From: Hypanus sabinus
Lineage: Eukaryota
DNA length: 64,000 bases
Assembly: GCF_030144855.1 (NCBI RefSeq)
Contig: NC_082734.1
Span: 21,638,001 to 21,702,000 of the forward strand
Reading direction: 5' to 3'
Both the position numbers and the translations under genes were made by a program. Positions 11,220 through 22,574 of the stretch are shown in pieces. The notes beneath the pieces were generated by a model that was given only the letters and a program-made list of their open reading frames with translations, ran no database searches and had not been told where the DNA came from. The first letter of the stretch is position 1, and every line of letters starts with the position of its first letter.

Positions 11220-11680
11220 ACTCCCTCCCCTACTCCAGACCTTCTCACTCCCTTTCCCTCCCACCTGACCCTCCTCACATCACTCGATAAACTCTATACT
11301 CCTCATTCACTCCCTCACTCACTTTCTTCCACCTCACTTTTTCTTCATTCCTTTCCCCTTTCTCCTGCCCCCTCACTCGCTTTCTCCCCATCATCCTCCC
11401 TTCCCCTCACTCCCTCTCCCCATCATCCTCCCTTCCCCTCACTCCCTCCCTTCCTCTCCCCATCACCCTCCCTTCCCCTCACTCCCTTTCCCCATCACCC
11501 TCCCTTCCCCTCACTCCCTCCCTTCCTCTCCCCATCACCCTCCCTTCCCCTCACTCCACCCTCCCTTCCCCTCACTCCCTCTCTCCATCACCCTCCCTTC
11601 CCCTCACTCCCTCTCCCCATCACCCTCCCTTCCCCTCTCTCCCTTTCCCTGTCACCCTCCCTTCCCCTCACTCCCACCCC
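11220..11680. repeat. Pyrimidine-rich low-complexity repeat (CATCACCCTCCCTTCCCCTCACTCC-like)
   Basis: Almost purely C/T tandem units in THOC6 intron 11. Confidence 0.85.
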
Positions 11681-11692
11681 ACTCGGCCATAC

Positions 11693-11803
11693 CAGGTCCT
11701 GATGGAGAGTGACCTGTTGCTGGCATCCCTGCAGCTGGTACACTGTGGTTGGCGTCACGGAGCGAAGGTGCCACAGTGTCAGTGCCGGCCCACCACCACA
11801 CAC
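11693..11803 (-). CDS. THOC6: THOC6 exon 11
   Basis: 111 nt, [37 protein letters not shown]. Confidence 0.96.
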
Positions 11804-12069
11804 CTGAGAGAGGGACAGACAGCAACACACAGATTGCACTAGAACATCTCAAACCATCACCCCTTGTTGCCAGCCCTCTTCCATTCCTCCTCCCCAGCCC
11901 TGGCCAATTCCCTACCTCCCTGCCCAGAGCAACCCGTACCTCCCTCCCTGGGCAGACCTTCCTCCTCCCTGGCCCTGGCCAATCCTCTACCTCCCTCCCC
12001 AGGGCAACCCCCCCAACTCCCCGGCCCATCCTCCCCCCACTGTGAGAGGTGACGTGGGAGAGCACTCAC

Positions 12070-12135
12070 CATCCAGTCGGAGTCGGTGGTGGTCAGGCAG
12101 CCGATCCACTTGCCGTATTGGGGTCTGGAGCACTG
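12070..12135 (-). CDS. THOC6: THOC6 exon 10
   Basis: 66 nt, QCSRPQYGKWIGCLTTTDSDWM; CAGCAG tandem acceptor, gtgagt donor. Confidence 0.95.
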
Positions 12136-12368
12136 CTGAGAGACGGGGACAGGCCCTGTTACTACCGTCTTGCTCCAGGATGGTGGGGTGGGGGTGTGAG
12201 GGGAGGGAATGATGGAGGGACGCAAGGATAGAGGGAAGGAGGGGAAGGGTGAGAGGAGGAATAAAGGAGAGAGAAGAGGAGGAGGGAGGAGGAAAACATT
12301 AAAAAATGGATGAGAGGAAGTTATGAGAGGGGAGTGTTGAGGGACTTCCTCCTTAAGGGTCCACCTAC

Positions 12369-12418
12369 CTCATACTTGTGAGGCTCGATCATCTGCACCT
12401 GGCTGGCAATCCGTAAAT
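12369..12418 (-). CDS. THOC6: THOC6 exon 9
   Basis: 50 nt, (D)LRIASQVQMIEPHKYE. Confidence 0.93.
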
Positions 12419-12469
12419 CTGCAGGGCAGTAGGAGAGAGGAGGCTGGGTCAGGGGTAGAGAGTAGGCCC

Positions 12470-12712
12470 CACCCCATTCATTCCTACCATCTGCACTCCC
12501 AAAGGGACCCCACCCCTTTCCATTCACCCCCACCACCCACACTCCCAATGGGACCCCACCCCTTCCCATGCACTCCCACCATCCACACTCCCATTGGGAA
12601 CCCACCCTTCCCATTCACCCCCACCACCCACACTCCCAATGGGACCCCATCACTTCCCATTCACCCCCACCATCCACACTCCCAATGGGACCCACCCCTT
12701 CCTATTCACTCC
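12470..12712. repeat. ~46-bp tandem repeat (CACTCCCAATGGGACCCCACCCTTCCCATTCACCCCCACC)
   Basis: About 5 copies in THOC6 intron 8; related sequence in reverse orientation at about 19045-19130 and 59830-60045. Confidence 0.85.
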
Positions 12713-12822
12713 CAGATTTCCAAGTGTTCTCTCCGACTGCAAGTGAGCACGCATAAGCTGTTGAACCAAGCCCAGCTCTACCCCCCCCCCCCCACCCCAC
12801 ACCACGCTGGGGACCCACTCAC

Positions 12823-12922
12823 CCCAAAGTCTCACTGAACCATCCTCGCTGCCGGAGATGCACTCGTTGGGGTCTCTCAGGGTCAGGCAGTGGACATAGT
12901 CGCTGTGTCCCTTCAATGTGCG
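12823..12922 (-). CDS. THOC6: THOC6 exon 8 (WD40 repeat)
   Basis: 100 nt, [33 protein letters not shown]. Confidence 0.97.
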
Positions 12923-13179
12923 CTGTGGGAAGATGGAGAACTGGTCAGGGCACCAGGAAGGTCACGTACACTGAGGTTACGGTGCTCTGAAGCCCTATAG
13001 GCAGCGCCAAATGGGGGTACAAATTGGGACTGTGGTTCGAACCGGCCACGGTTCCGGTCTGTTAATGCCATGACCAGTGGGAAGCAGCAAGTAATTGACA
13101 CGATGGGACAGATGGGTTGGAGTGTGTGCATCTTAACCCTAGGAGTGTTTTGGATAAAGGTGATGAATTTAAAGCTTAG

Positions 13180-14800
13180 ATCAGTACAATAGAAATAGGA
13201 ACAGGAGTCAGTCATCTGGCCCACTAACCCTGATCTGGCTGTGGACTCAACTTCACCTACCTGCCTTTCCCCATAACCCTTAGTTCCCCTGCTACGCAAA
13301 AATCTAACCGTGTCTTAAATATATTTAATGAGCTAGCTTCTACTGTTTCCCTGCAGAGAATTCCATAGATTCACTACTCCTTAGGAAAAGCAGTTCATTC
13401 TCAGCTCCATCATAAATCTATTCTCCTGAAGCTTGAGGCTCTGTCTCCTAGTTCTAGTCTCACCTACCATTGGAAACAACTTTCCTGCCTCTATCTTATC
13501 TGTCTCTTTCATAATTTTATGATTCTATGAGATCCCCTCTCATTCTGAATTCCAGTGACTATAATCCCAAATAACTCAATCTCTCCTCAGGTTAATTCCC
13601 TCATCTCCAGAACCTCCTCTGCACTGCCAGTACATTTTTCCTCAAGTAAGGAGACAAGAAACTGCAAACAGTACTCCGGGCGTGACCTCGCCAGTACCCT
13701 GTACAGTTGCAGCATAACCTCCCTGCTCTTCAGTTGAGTCCCACAAGCAATGAAGACCATTGGCTTTCTTGATAACCTGTTGCACCTGCGAACCAACCTT
13801 TTGATTCATGCACAGGCACTCCCAAGACCCTCTGCACAACAGCATGCTGCAGTCCTTCATCATTAAAATAATCATCTGATCGTCTACAGACTCAGTGGAT
13901 GACCCTACATTTACCATCTGCCAGACTCTTCCCCACTCACTCAACTTATCTATATCCCTCTGCAGACTCTCCACATCCCCATACGATTCGCTTTTGGCAA
14001 TCATTTTAGAGTCAGTACGTGAAACTATGATGGTGTGGTCATTAAGAGACCTGGCTGAGGCAGGGACAGGAATGGGTGCTTAATGTTGTGGTGTTTCAAT
14101 GCTTCAGAAAGTATAGAGAAGCAGGTAAAAGGAGATGGGTGAAATTGTGCACATCGCTCAGAGGGAACACGGTGGATCCATACGGGTGGAACTCAAAAAT
14201 CAGAAAGGTGCAATCACTCGTATTGGATTGTACTAGGGAAGCCCCAATGCCCTCTGGAACATTGAGGAACAGGTTTGGGAAAAGTGTGAAAACAATGTGG
14301 TTGCTGTAATGAGTGGCTTCAACTTCCCTAATATAGACTAATGTAGACGCGGCAGAATTTGTTAGGTGCCTCTAAGAGATTTTTCCTAAACCAATACGTA
14401 AATAGTCCACATTGTACTGGACCTGGTGTTGGGTAATGAGCCTGGCAAGGTGACTGGCATTTCAGTGGGGAATGGTGATCCCAAACCCTTGAGATTTCAT
14501 ATAAATGTAGCTAAGGATAAGTATGGGAGAAGGGCCGTAGGGCCAGTGTCTGTGCTTTTGTGCTTTGTGAGTCTAGATTGATGGTGTAGGCACAGCACAT
14601 CGTGGGCAGAAGGATGTTCTATGTCTCTGCTGCCTTACCACCTGTGCCATTCACCTCACCCACTCTCCATTGTGGTCCCTTGCTTCTGATGGCATTATCT
14701 CACTGGGTTTAGAGGAATTTCTTCAGCCAGAGGGTGGCGAAATATGTGCCTTATTGGATATATTTACAGTGGGGATTTTATAGGCTTTTGATTAGTAAGG
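13180..14800. mobile_element. Patchwork of CR1 fragments
   Basis: Minus-strand SLQRDIDKLSEW and KSREVMLQLYRVLARS (13180-13980); plus-strand endonuclease remnant FNFPNID near 14320; CR1 3' tail pieces. Confidence 0.75.
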
Positions 14801-14990
14801 GTGGCAAAGATTACAAGGAGAATGGGGTTAAGAGGCTCGTATGCCTTATGGTATTATGGGACTGGAGAGCTGGCTCAGACGTGAGGAATGATGCTGCCCC
14901 CCTCCACAGCTGGATCAGCCAGAGAGCAGGTGGGTCACCCAGCACTGTCCCCGCTCTCAGTGCACACCCACAGACCTGGGGGAGACTCAC

Positions 14991-15062
14991 CGTGAAGGCC
15001 CCGTGCTCCAGGTCCATGATATAGACAGTGTTGTCACCACAGGCCATTAGCAGACTGTTGTC
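14991..15062 (-). CDS. THOC6: THOC6 exon 7
   Basis: 72 nt, DNSLLMACGDNTVYIMDLEHGAFT. Confidence 0.95.
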
Positions 15063-15170
15063 CTGGAAGGAAGAGGGAGAGAGAGAGTGTGAGGAGGAGG
15101 AAGAGGTATTACTGAGAGCTGTCTGGTGGGAGGGGAAGTGTAAGGGGGTGACTGAGGAATCATTGGTGGA

Positions 15171-15472
15171 CAATGTTCCCTCTAATTTCTAATGACCAGT
15201 GTGCTGTACAATTTTTTTGTCCAGTAACAACAATATGTGCGCACTGAATAATTTCTTCAATTAAGAACAGTGCAAATAAGCCTGTTCTAAAATCTGTAGA
15301 CAAATCATCACAAACTCCACATTGTCAACACCGTCTGCATCAGAAACCAAAGAGGAAACGTGACTGTGTATGATAGTGAAATATACTTAACATGCCAACG
15401 GGGTAGAGGGTGACAACTTTTTGTGCGCTAGTCGCAAAAGCTGTGTGCGCGCACACCTTAGAGGGAACGTTG
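15171..15472. mobile_element. Non-autonomous hAT-type MITE
   Basis: 15-bp TIRs CAATGTTCCCTCTAA / TTAGAGGGAACGTTG; degenerate 8-bp TSD ttggtgga / tttgtggg. Confidence 0.8.
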
Positions 15473-15644
15473 TTTGTGGGTGAGGGGGAGGCAAGGCAAA
15501 AGAAATGGTGAACATGAGAGTTGGAGAGACTGTGGTGAGCGAGTGGTAGAGGTGGTAGGGCAGGAGAGACAGAGGGAGGGGGTGTGAAGGAGAAATGGGG
15601 GAAGGAGAGACAGATGGAGGGGGGAGGGGAGATGGAGGGAGGGG

Positions 15645-15955
15645 GTGGACCTGGAAGTTGGGCAGGACCCTGCCCTGGGCAACAGTGACACCATACAACT
15701 TGTCGAGCTTCTCATCATTGTGGAAGGTGAGCAGCAGGTGGCAGGGATGATCCTCCTCTTGTTGTCAAGGACTGTGTTATTAGCCAGCTCTAAGATCTTA
15801 GCCATCAGGTACTCAAGAACTGCCGCAAGCTCCTGCTCCCACTTGGTCAAAGGAGCCTGTGCATATGGCCTGCTGGGAACTGCAACGCTAGCTCAAGATG
15901 AGAGGGTCTCAGTTTTGGTGCCACTGTTCCCAACAGTTTTGCCTCGCCCTTTACC
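15645..15955 (-). pseudogene. Histone H2A pseudogene in THOC6 intron 6
   Basis: Across frameshifts: GRGKTVG, LQFPAGHMHRLL, LAAVLEYLMAKILELANN, DNKRRIIP, GVTVAQGRVLPNFQ. One in-frame stop and an internal deletion. Confidence 0.9.
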
Positions 15956-17314
15956 CCACCCAGAGGTGGAATCCCTGGGCTGGATGTTGGAAGAATCCCT
16001 CCAAAACTGCCCTCTTCCATTCATGCATGACACCATGGGTGCTCAGAGCTCCAGGACACCTGGTAGTGTTTGCCTTTTATACCTCACCGTAAATAAGTCA
16101 TCAGTGCCCTCCTCCCTCACCCACAGCACAAACAGCAGGTGCCAGAAAAAGATTACACTGCAAAGGAGACGCCTCTCAAATTTGTGAGTTTGGATTTTAT
16201 TTGTCCCAAGAAGGCAAGATGAGGAAGGAGGAGCTCATTGGTAAACAAAGACTGGACGTGGCTGAGGACGATCTGCCATGTGAGAGTGGTCACCACCTCC
16301 AATTATGGAACATTCCCTTTTACTGAGATCCCCCTACTGAGGGACTGACGCACAACTTGTCGGTCCTCAGGTAGAAGAAAGCCCTTCCCAAACTTCTTTT
16401 CAAAACCCGAATGCCATCTACACCAACTATGGCCTCCGAGCACACCTCAAGGTTCATTTCAGAGCATATCGTGCATTGCACTCTACAATCATCCTCCACC
16501 ATCTGAAACAGGACCTAGAGGCAGCCACCTTCACATGGTTCCCCGGAGGTCTGAGTCTCACAGGAGACCAGTCCAACGTGGTGGCACTGCAGTCCGAAAC
16601 AGAGCAAAAATGAATAGAATGAATGCTGCTGAAGTATAGGCAGCAGCTAGTCACTGGAAGTCACTCAGTCACTGTTAGTCCCCAGTAGTCACTGAAACGG
16701 GTTGTGTTCCTAGAAGGAAAAGTTTGGAACTACTCACAGTTCAGCCATTGCTGTGGCATCGGCAGTTCCTGCCTACTTGGCCATCTCAAATCCCACGGAA
16801 AGCTGGGAAAAAAAAACACTGGCGACCCAAGATGAACCTTTGCATTTAGATAGCAAGATATATTGGAAATCTTTTGTTGCTGAGGCAGTAGAAAAATATG
16901 TCTGTCTCAGTGGTCCGCTTTGGAAGACACCAATAATTTCCTACGCCAGGAAAGGCTCTGCCAGTCCCAGAAACTCCACAGGCATCAAAGGGTTAAGATG
17001 TCCAGAGAAGACTCCTCTACCCACACATGACAAGGCAGGAGGGAGTATGTTTGTTCTGATGTTAATTGAAAAACAAACAATAATTCTTTCCCTTCAATGT
17101 AAAATGTCTTCCTGGCAAGTTGCCATTTGCTGCAGTGAGACACCATAAAAGTTAGCAGCTGCCAACAAACACAGTCCAAACGGGCAGCAAAACTCCAAAA
17201 GAAGCCCCTTCACTGGAATATCCACAACTCCCTCGATGTTTCAAGATAACCTTATCCAATGGTTTCCTTTCACTCTCTCCCACCTTCACACGAACAGCTG
17301 CACTCTATCTAAAC

Positions 17315-17765
17315 TCGGGATTGTGTGATGCGACAACAAGGAGAGAGATTCGTCCTGTGTCTGACCCCAGGAGTGTGTGATGGGACAATGCAGAGGGAGA
17401 TTCACCCTGAGTATGTGATGGGACAATGTGGAGGGACATTCACTCCGTGTCTGACCCCAAGGGCGTGTGATAGGATAATACGGAAGGAGTTTCACCCTGT
17501 GTCTGACCCTGGGAATGTGTGATGGAACAGTGCAGAGGGAGCTTCACTCTGTATTTGATCCTGGGAGTACGTGACGGATGGTGCAGAGGAAACCTCAGTG
17601 TCTGACCCCAGGTGTGTGTGATAGGATGGTGCAAAGGGAGCTTCACTCTGCAACTGACTGCAGGAGTGTAACAGGATGGTGCAAAGACAGTTTCACTCTG
17701 TGCATGAAACCCATGAGTGGGTGGTGGAACTGCACAGAGGGAGCCTCACCCCGTGTCAACCCTGG
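17315..17765. repeat. ~54-bp satellite array (reverse orientation, diverged)
   Basis: TGTGATGGGACA..GCAGAGGGAGCTTCACTC..TGTCTGACCCC units. Confidence 0.9.
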
Positions 17766-17786
17766 AACACGTTCTAGCAGCCTTAC

Positions 17787-17835
17787 CTCTTGGTTGAGAA
17801 TCAAGCTGTTTATCTCTGGGATGTCCAAACGTGTC
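17787..17835 (-). CDS. THOC6: THOC6 exon 6
   Basis: 49 nt, TRLDIPEINSLILNQE; gtaagg donor. Confidence 0.94.
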
Positions 17836-18267
17836 CTGTGGAGGAACAGAACTGTGAGTCAATGGGGTTGTAAAACAGCCACAACTAGTCCTGGACAGTT
17901 TCCACAGTACACGTGTCTCTTTAAGGCCAGGCATGGATAATGGAGCACCAAGGGCTGGAGGAGAAGAGAGGGGTGTAGATTTTCCCTCAGAGGTTCACCT
18001 GGACCATGGCACTGCACAGAAAGGAAACGCCTGTCAAATGCAAAATCCCGGAAGCCTCCTGCAAGTGAGGATAAAGGACAACTCTGCAGTGGCCTCCTGC
18101 AGGATATTAGTCTCAAAAAGAGGAGCATGGTCAAAAAGAGGAGATGGGGCATGGTCCAATTGGAGATGTGGATGGTGAGCATGAACGAGATGGGGTGGAG
18201 TCCTATTGAGACTGCACCAATTTATATACAGCACTAATTGTTTTTTACACACACACACACACACACA

Positions 18268-18905
18268 CAGTCCAGTACATTCTAAGCGGCTGCTCCAATT
18301 AGTCAATTTCATGGAAATAGTTAAAAAGATTTAAAAAAGACAAACTGAGTCACAAATTATGCAATTAAATGAATTACAGAACAAATTAGAACACTGTAAT
18401 AGTACTACAGTACAATTAAAACTGTGTATTAGTTCCTAATAGTTACTGACGGAGGAATTAATCCATTCTATGCAATAAACAAAATCAGCGCAGACACTTA
18501 GTGCAGATAATGGACTGCCTTCATACAATGCTATCAATGACTGGATCCTCCAAATCTTCATTTTCATTGCAACATTCAACATGATTGACAATACCTTCAA
18601 ATTCTTTGTCGTTCCTAACTTGTTGAAGTAGTAAAAATAGTTTGATTTTTCACTCCCGGCTGTTTCTGGCAACTCCATGCCTGAATGTTTGAAAGTGCTG
18701 GGAGCCAAACAGTTCAGAATTGTCCTGCTGCTCATTTCTGTGCGTGCGACTGACGCTAGTTAGAACCTGTTAGGCAACTGTCTCCCACCCCAATTACGCA
18801 GCATAGTGTCCCAAATAAATGAAGGACACCCAGCAATTTTATCAATGAGTTTTTTTAAAGGGTGGTTCCAAATAAGTGGCTGCCCCAATTAACGGGAATA
18901 CACTG
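18268..18905 (-). mobile_element. Tigger/pogo-like internally deleted DNA transposon
   Basis: Ends CCCCAATTAACGGGAATACACTG followed by TA; subterminal sequence is the reverse complement of the element at 54890-56132. Confidence 0.75.
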
Positions 18906-19151
18906 TATATAAGAAATGAGAAAATACTGTATATATTTATTTCTTACTCACTTATAGTCATTTTTCCTATTATATATTGCAATGTACTGCCGTCGTAAAA
19001 CAACAAATTTCACAACATATTCTGGTGATATTAAACCTGATTCTGATTGGGAAAAGGTGGGGTCTTATCGGGTGTGCAGGTGATGGGAAAGGGGTAGGGT
19101 CCCATTGGGAGAGAATGGGATGGAATTGGTAATCAGGAGGTAAACACTTAC

Positions 19152-19189
19152 CCAAATGCAGGACGTCGACACCAAACCTCCTTGCAGCT
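19152..19189 (-). CDS. THOC6: THOC6 exon 5
   Basis: 38 nt, SCKEVWCRRPAF(G); T-rich cag acceptor, gtaagt donor. Confidence 0.92.
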
Positions 19190-19279
19190 CTGAAAAAAAA
19201 TCATTACCTTGTTTGACACATTGTGGGATCAGGTGTTGAATACTCTGCCCTCTCCCCCCCCACCCCACTCCCCGAGATA

Positions 19280-19565
19280 AGGTATCAGACACATCATCCT
19301 CTCCTACCTCCCCTGGGACCTGGTGTCAGGCACACCATCCTTTCCCCTCCAGGTGTCAGACACATCATCCTCCCCCTCTGGGACCAAGCGACACTGTTCT
19401 CACCCCGCCCTAGGCATCAGGCACACCATCCTTTCCCCTCCAGGTGTCAGGCACATCATCCTTCCCCTCTGGGACCAAGCGACACTGTTCTCACCCCGCC
19501 CTGGGCATCAGGCACACTATCCTTTCCCCTCCAGGTGTCAGACACATCGTCCTCTGCTCCCCAGG
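19280..19565. repeat. 91-bp tandem repeat (about 3 copies)
   Basis: TCAGGCACAC recurs at 19326, 19417 and 19508. Confidence 0.85.
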
Positions 19566-19625
19566 TTCAGTATGGGATACCTAATCGGTAGACTAGGCTG
19601 TGACACCACTCCCATCCCCACACAC

Positions 19626-19729
19626 CTTTTTGATGAGGTCATTCCAGTTCCAGGCCTTGACATCTCCTGTTCCAGAGCTTAGCAGGTGGCGGCTGGTGGA
19701 GACCAGGCTGTACACAGGGCCTTCGTGAG
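19626..19729 (-). CDS. THOC6: THOC6 exon 4
   Basis: 104 nt, (A)[34 protein letters not shown]. Confidence 0.96.
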
Positions 19730-19831
19730 CTGTGGGGGCAGAAGTAGGTCAATGAGACATCCCTCACACCCTCCCAACGCACGGTCCCGAGGTCAGGCAG
19801 AGTGAGACTCCCTCCACGCTCCCAGGGTCAG

Positions 19832-22481
19832 CCAAAGTTCTGATTGAGCTGGAAGATATTGAGGATGAAGTTTTTCAGATACATTGTTGGAGTGAGTGAC
19901 TGTTTCCGTGTGTAGGCTTCTGGTGTGAGCTTTTCCACCGGTTTGGACTGCATTTGTTGGCAGCTGCTAACTATGTAGCTTCTCGCTATGGCCACTGACA
20001 ACTTGCCAGGAAGGTGAGGGACAGCAGGGTGAAAAGCCTTCAGGGGATAGCGGGACACAAGGTGGCTCTGCCACCACAGGACACAGAAGTGAAAGAGCAT
20101 TCTCACTCCTTCTGGGGGTTTTTGGTGAACAGCAGCTCTGCTCTCACTGGGAAGGGAGCTGGTGCTGAGGCTTATGAAGCTCACCGTGGCTGGTCTCAAC
20201 GTGAACAACAGCAGGGGTTCTCTCCGCAGATTTAACTATCTCTCAGGGATGGGAGTTCATCGATGATTTTCCCGCACGAAACTCATACCATTCCAGGAGA
20301 CGAGTCCACTTGGCTCCTGGAGTGGCAGGGAGGGGTCTACATGAGCCACCTCAGCTCCATCTCTGGTGGGTGGCGACCTTGCTGGCCCTGACTTCCCGGC
20401 CAGAAATCAATAAAGTCCAGGATATTGTTCCCATACGTCTGCTCCACCTTGCTATGTGCCTGGATGACATACCACTGCTCCTTGTCAACTCATATGTCCA
20501 CAGGTGCGAGGTGTTTTGCAGATGCACCCGTTCCATTAGGTGTCCCACCCTGCCGAGCTCCATCGACCCAGGGGACTGCGTTACCCTTGGGAGAGATTTC
20601 AACTGTACCCTCGAGGAGAGGACCACTCTGGTCTCCAGCGTCAGTGAAGAAGTTAAAGGAGCTAGTGGGCTCCTTTGATTTGGTACACCTGGTGGAACCT
20701 TCATCCCAACACTTGCGCCATCCCGACAAGTTCTGAAGTGGGGGAGCTTCCTGCGTTGACTGCCTCTATATTTCTCAGGCATACATCTCCCATGTATCAA
20801 CAGCCCAGCATATCACACAAACCAATCTTATGTCCTTGGACTCACTTTACACCGCACGCTGTCGGAGCAGTGCTGTCAAGATAATCAAGGACACGACCCA
20901 CCCAGCCAACATACTTTTTATCCCTCTTCCCTCTGGGAGAAGGTTCAGGAGCTTGAAGACTCATACAGCCAGATTTGGGAACAGCTTCTTTCCAACTGTG
21001 GTAAGACTGCTGAATGGATCCTAACCCGGATCTGGGCCATACCTTCCAACTGTCCGGACCTGTCTCTCTGTTTTATTTATGATTTATAATTTAATCTGAA
21101 TTTTTATTATATTTACTAATTATTTGTACTCTAGGGAGCATGAAGCACAGAATCAAATATCGCTGTGATGATTGTACGTTCTAGTACCAATTGCTTGGTG
21201 ACAATAAAGTAATATCAGGCGCCTCCATGCGGACAGAACCATGCCCAGACAACACCTCATATGGTTAGAGTTCACTCCTCTGAATTTGCACTTGGGGTTC
21301 AGGTACTGGCATTTTAACAACCGGATGTTCTGGGCCTCTTGGGAGACTGGAGGATTTCTGCTTCCTATGGTTTTGGTGAGATGCATGTCCGGTTTCTATG
21401 CTGGGAGTACACTAAGGGTTTGACAAGAGGTGGGGCTCTGAGATCAAACGGCATGAGAGAGAGCTGCTCGACTTCGGAGTCCCATCTTCGTCCCACCATC
21501 CGGTATCTTCAGCTGTGGCAGAAATACCAGGAGAAGGATGCACTGAAGGATCTGCAGCTCAGGCACTTCTAAGGTACTTATGTGAGGTCCCAGATCCAAA
21601 TCCTGCAGGACTTGCACTCTTCTACTTGTTGGAAAAATGTCGGGGAGTCTGAAAGCAGGTAGTGGAGTCAGGAGCAACACACATGCTGGAGGAACTCAGC
21701 AGGCCAGGCAGCATCAACGGAGAAGAGTACAGTCGACATTTCGAGCTGAGACCCTTCAGCAGGACTGGAGAAAAATTGCTGGGGAGTAGATTTTAAAGGT
21801 GGGGGAGAGGACAGAGAAGCACAATGCGATTGGTGAAATCAGGAGGGGGAGGGATGAAGTAAAGAGCTGGGAAGCTGATTGGTGAAAGAAATACAGGCTG
21901 GAGAAGGGGGAGTCTGATAGAGAGGACAGAGGCCATGAAGAAAGAAAAGAGGGAGGAGCACCGGAGGGAGCAAGGAGACAAGGTGAGAGAGGGAATGGGG
22001 GGGGACATCACCAGAAGTTCAAAAAATTGATGTTCATGCTATCAGGCTGCAGCCTCTATTTGCACGTCTGAGGGGGCTATTTCTCACTTTCTGGCTGCAT
22101 TTTAGCCGCACCCTCTTCACCTTTGGTCATCCAGGAAGGAGGAGGATGTCCTAGTTAACCTGCTTCTCGGGCTGGCTAGGATAGTTATCTGTGGGTCCTA
22201 GAGATGGGCAGCGGAGGATTCTGCCCAGGCTAACTGCCTGGCAATGTTCAGGGAACACACCTGTGCCTGGGTAGCTGTGGAAAAGGAACATGCAGCATCC
22301 ACAGGTAACATAAAGGTGCTTCAAAAGCATTAAGCACCACAGGAGATAAACACCATCCCTGATGAACATGGGAATGTGTTAGTTTAGTCCATGTTCATCA
22401 TGATCTCTCTGGGTTTTGTTTGCAATGTGATTGTACTGTAGTGGTATGAATGTGTAATAAACGTACTTCGTTAAAATAAAA
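19832..22481 (+). mobile_element. Degenerate, internally deleted Tx1-clade LINE with nested insertions
   Basis: Endonuclease remnants (LLLVNSY, CVTLGRDFNCTLE, YWHFNN); AATAAA and A-rich 3' end at 22456-22481. Interrupted by a Rex-like fragment (about 20816-21210, ATATCA duplication) and a Penelope-derived short element (about 21675-22050). Confidence 0.7.
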
Positions 22482-22509
22482 GGCCAGACACTGAGTTTTT
22501 CTTTCCTAC

Positions 22510-22574
22510 CTTGGAATATGAAGATAGGTTTCTGATTTTCTTCTGTTGCTTCTATACTCAGGGCGGCTGAGAGG
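22510..22574 (-). CDS. THOC6: THOC6 exon 3
   Basis: 65 nt, (S)LSAALSIEATEENQKPIFIFQ. Confidence 0.95.

Noticed and set aside
13030-13050. B-box-like GGTTCGAACC suggesting a tRNA or SINE
   Set aside because: No A box at suitable spacing and no cloverleaf.
17315-17765. Consistent orientation of the 54-bp satellite relative to transcription
   Set aside because: HCFC1R1 and MMGT1 introns carry it one way but this THOC6 array is the opposite way, so the window shows no rule.
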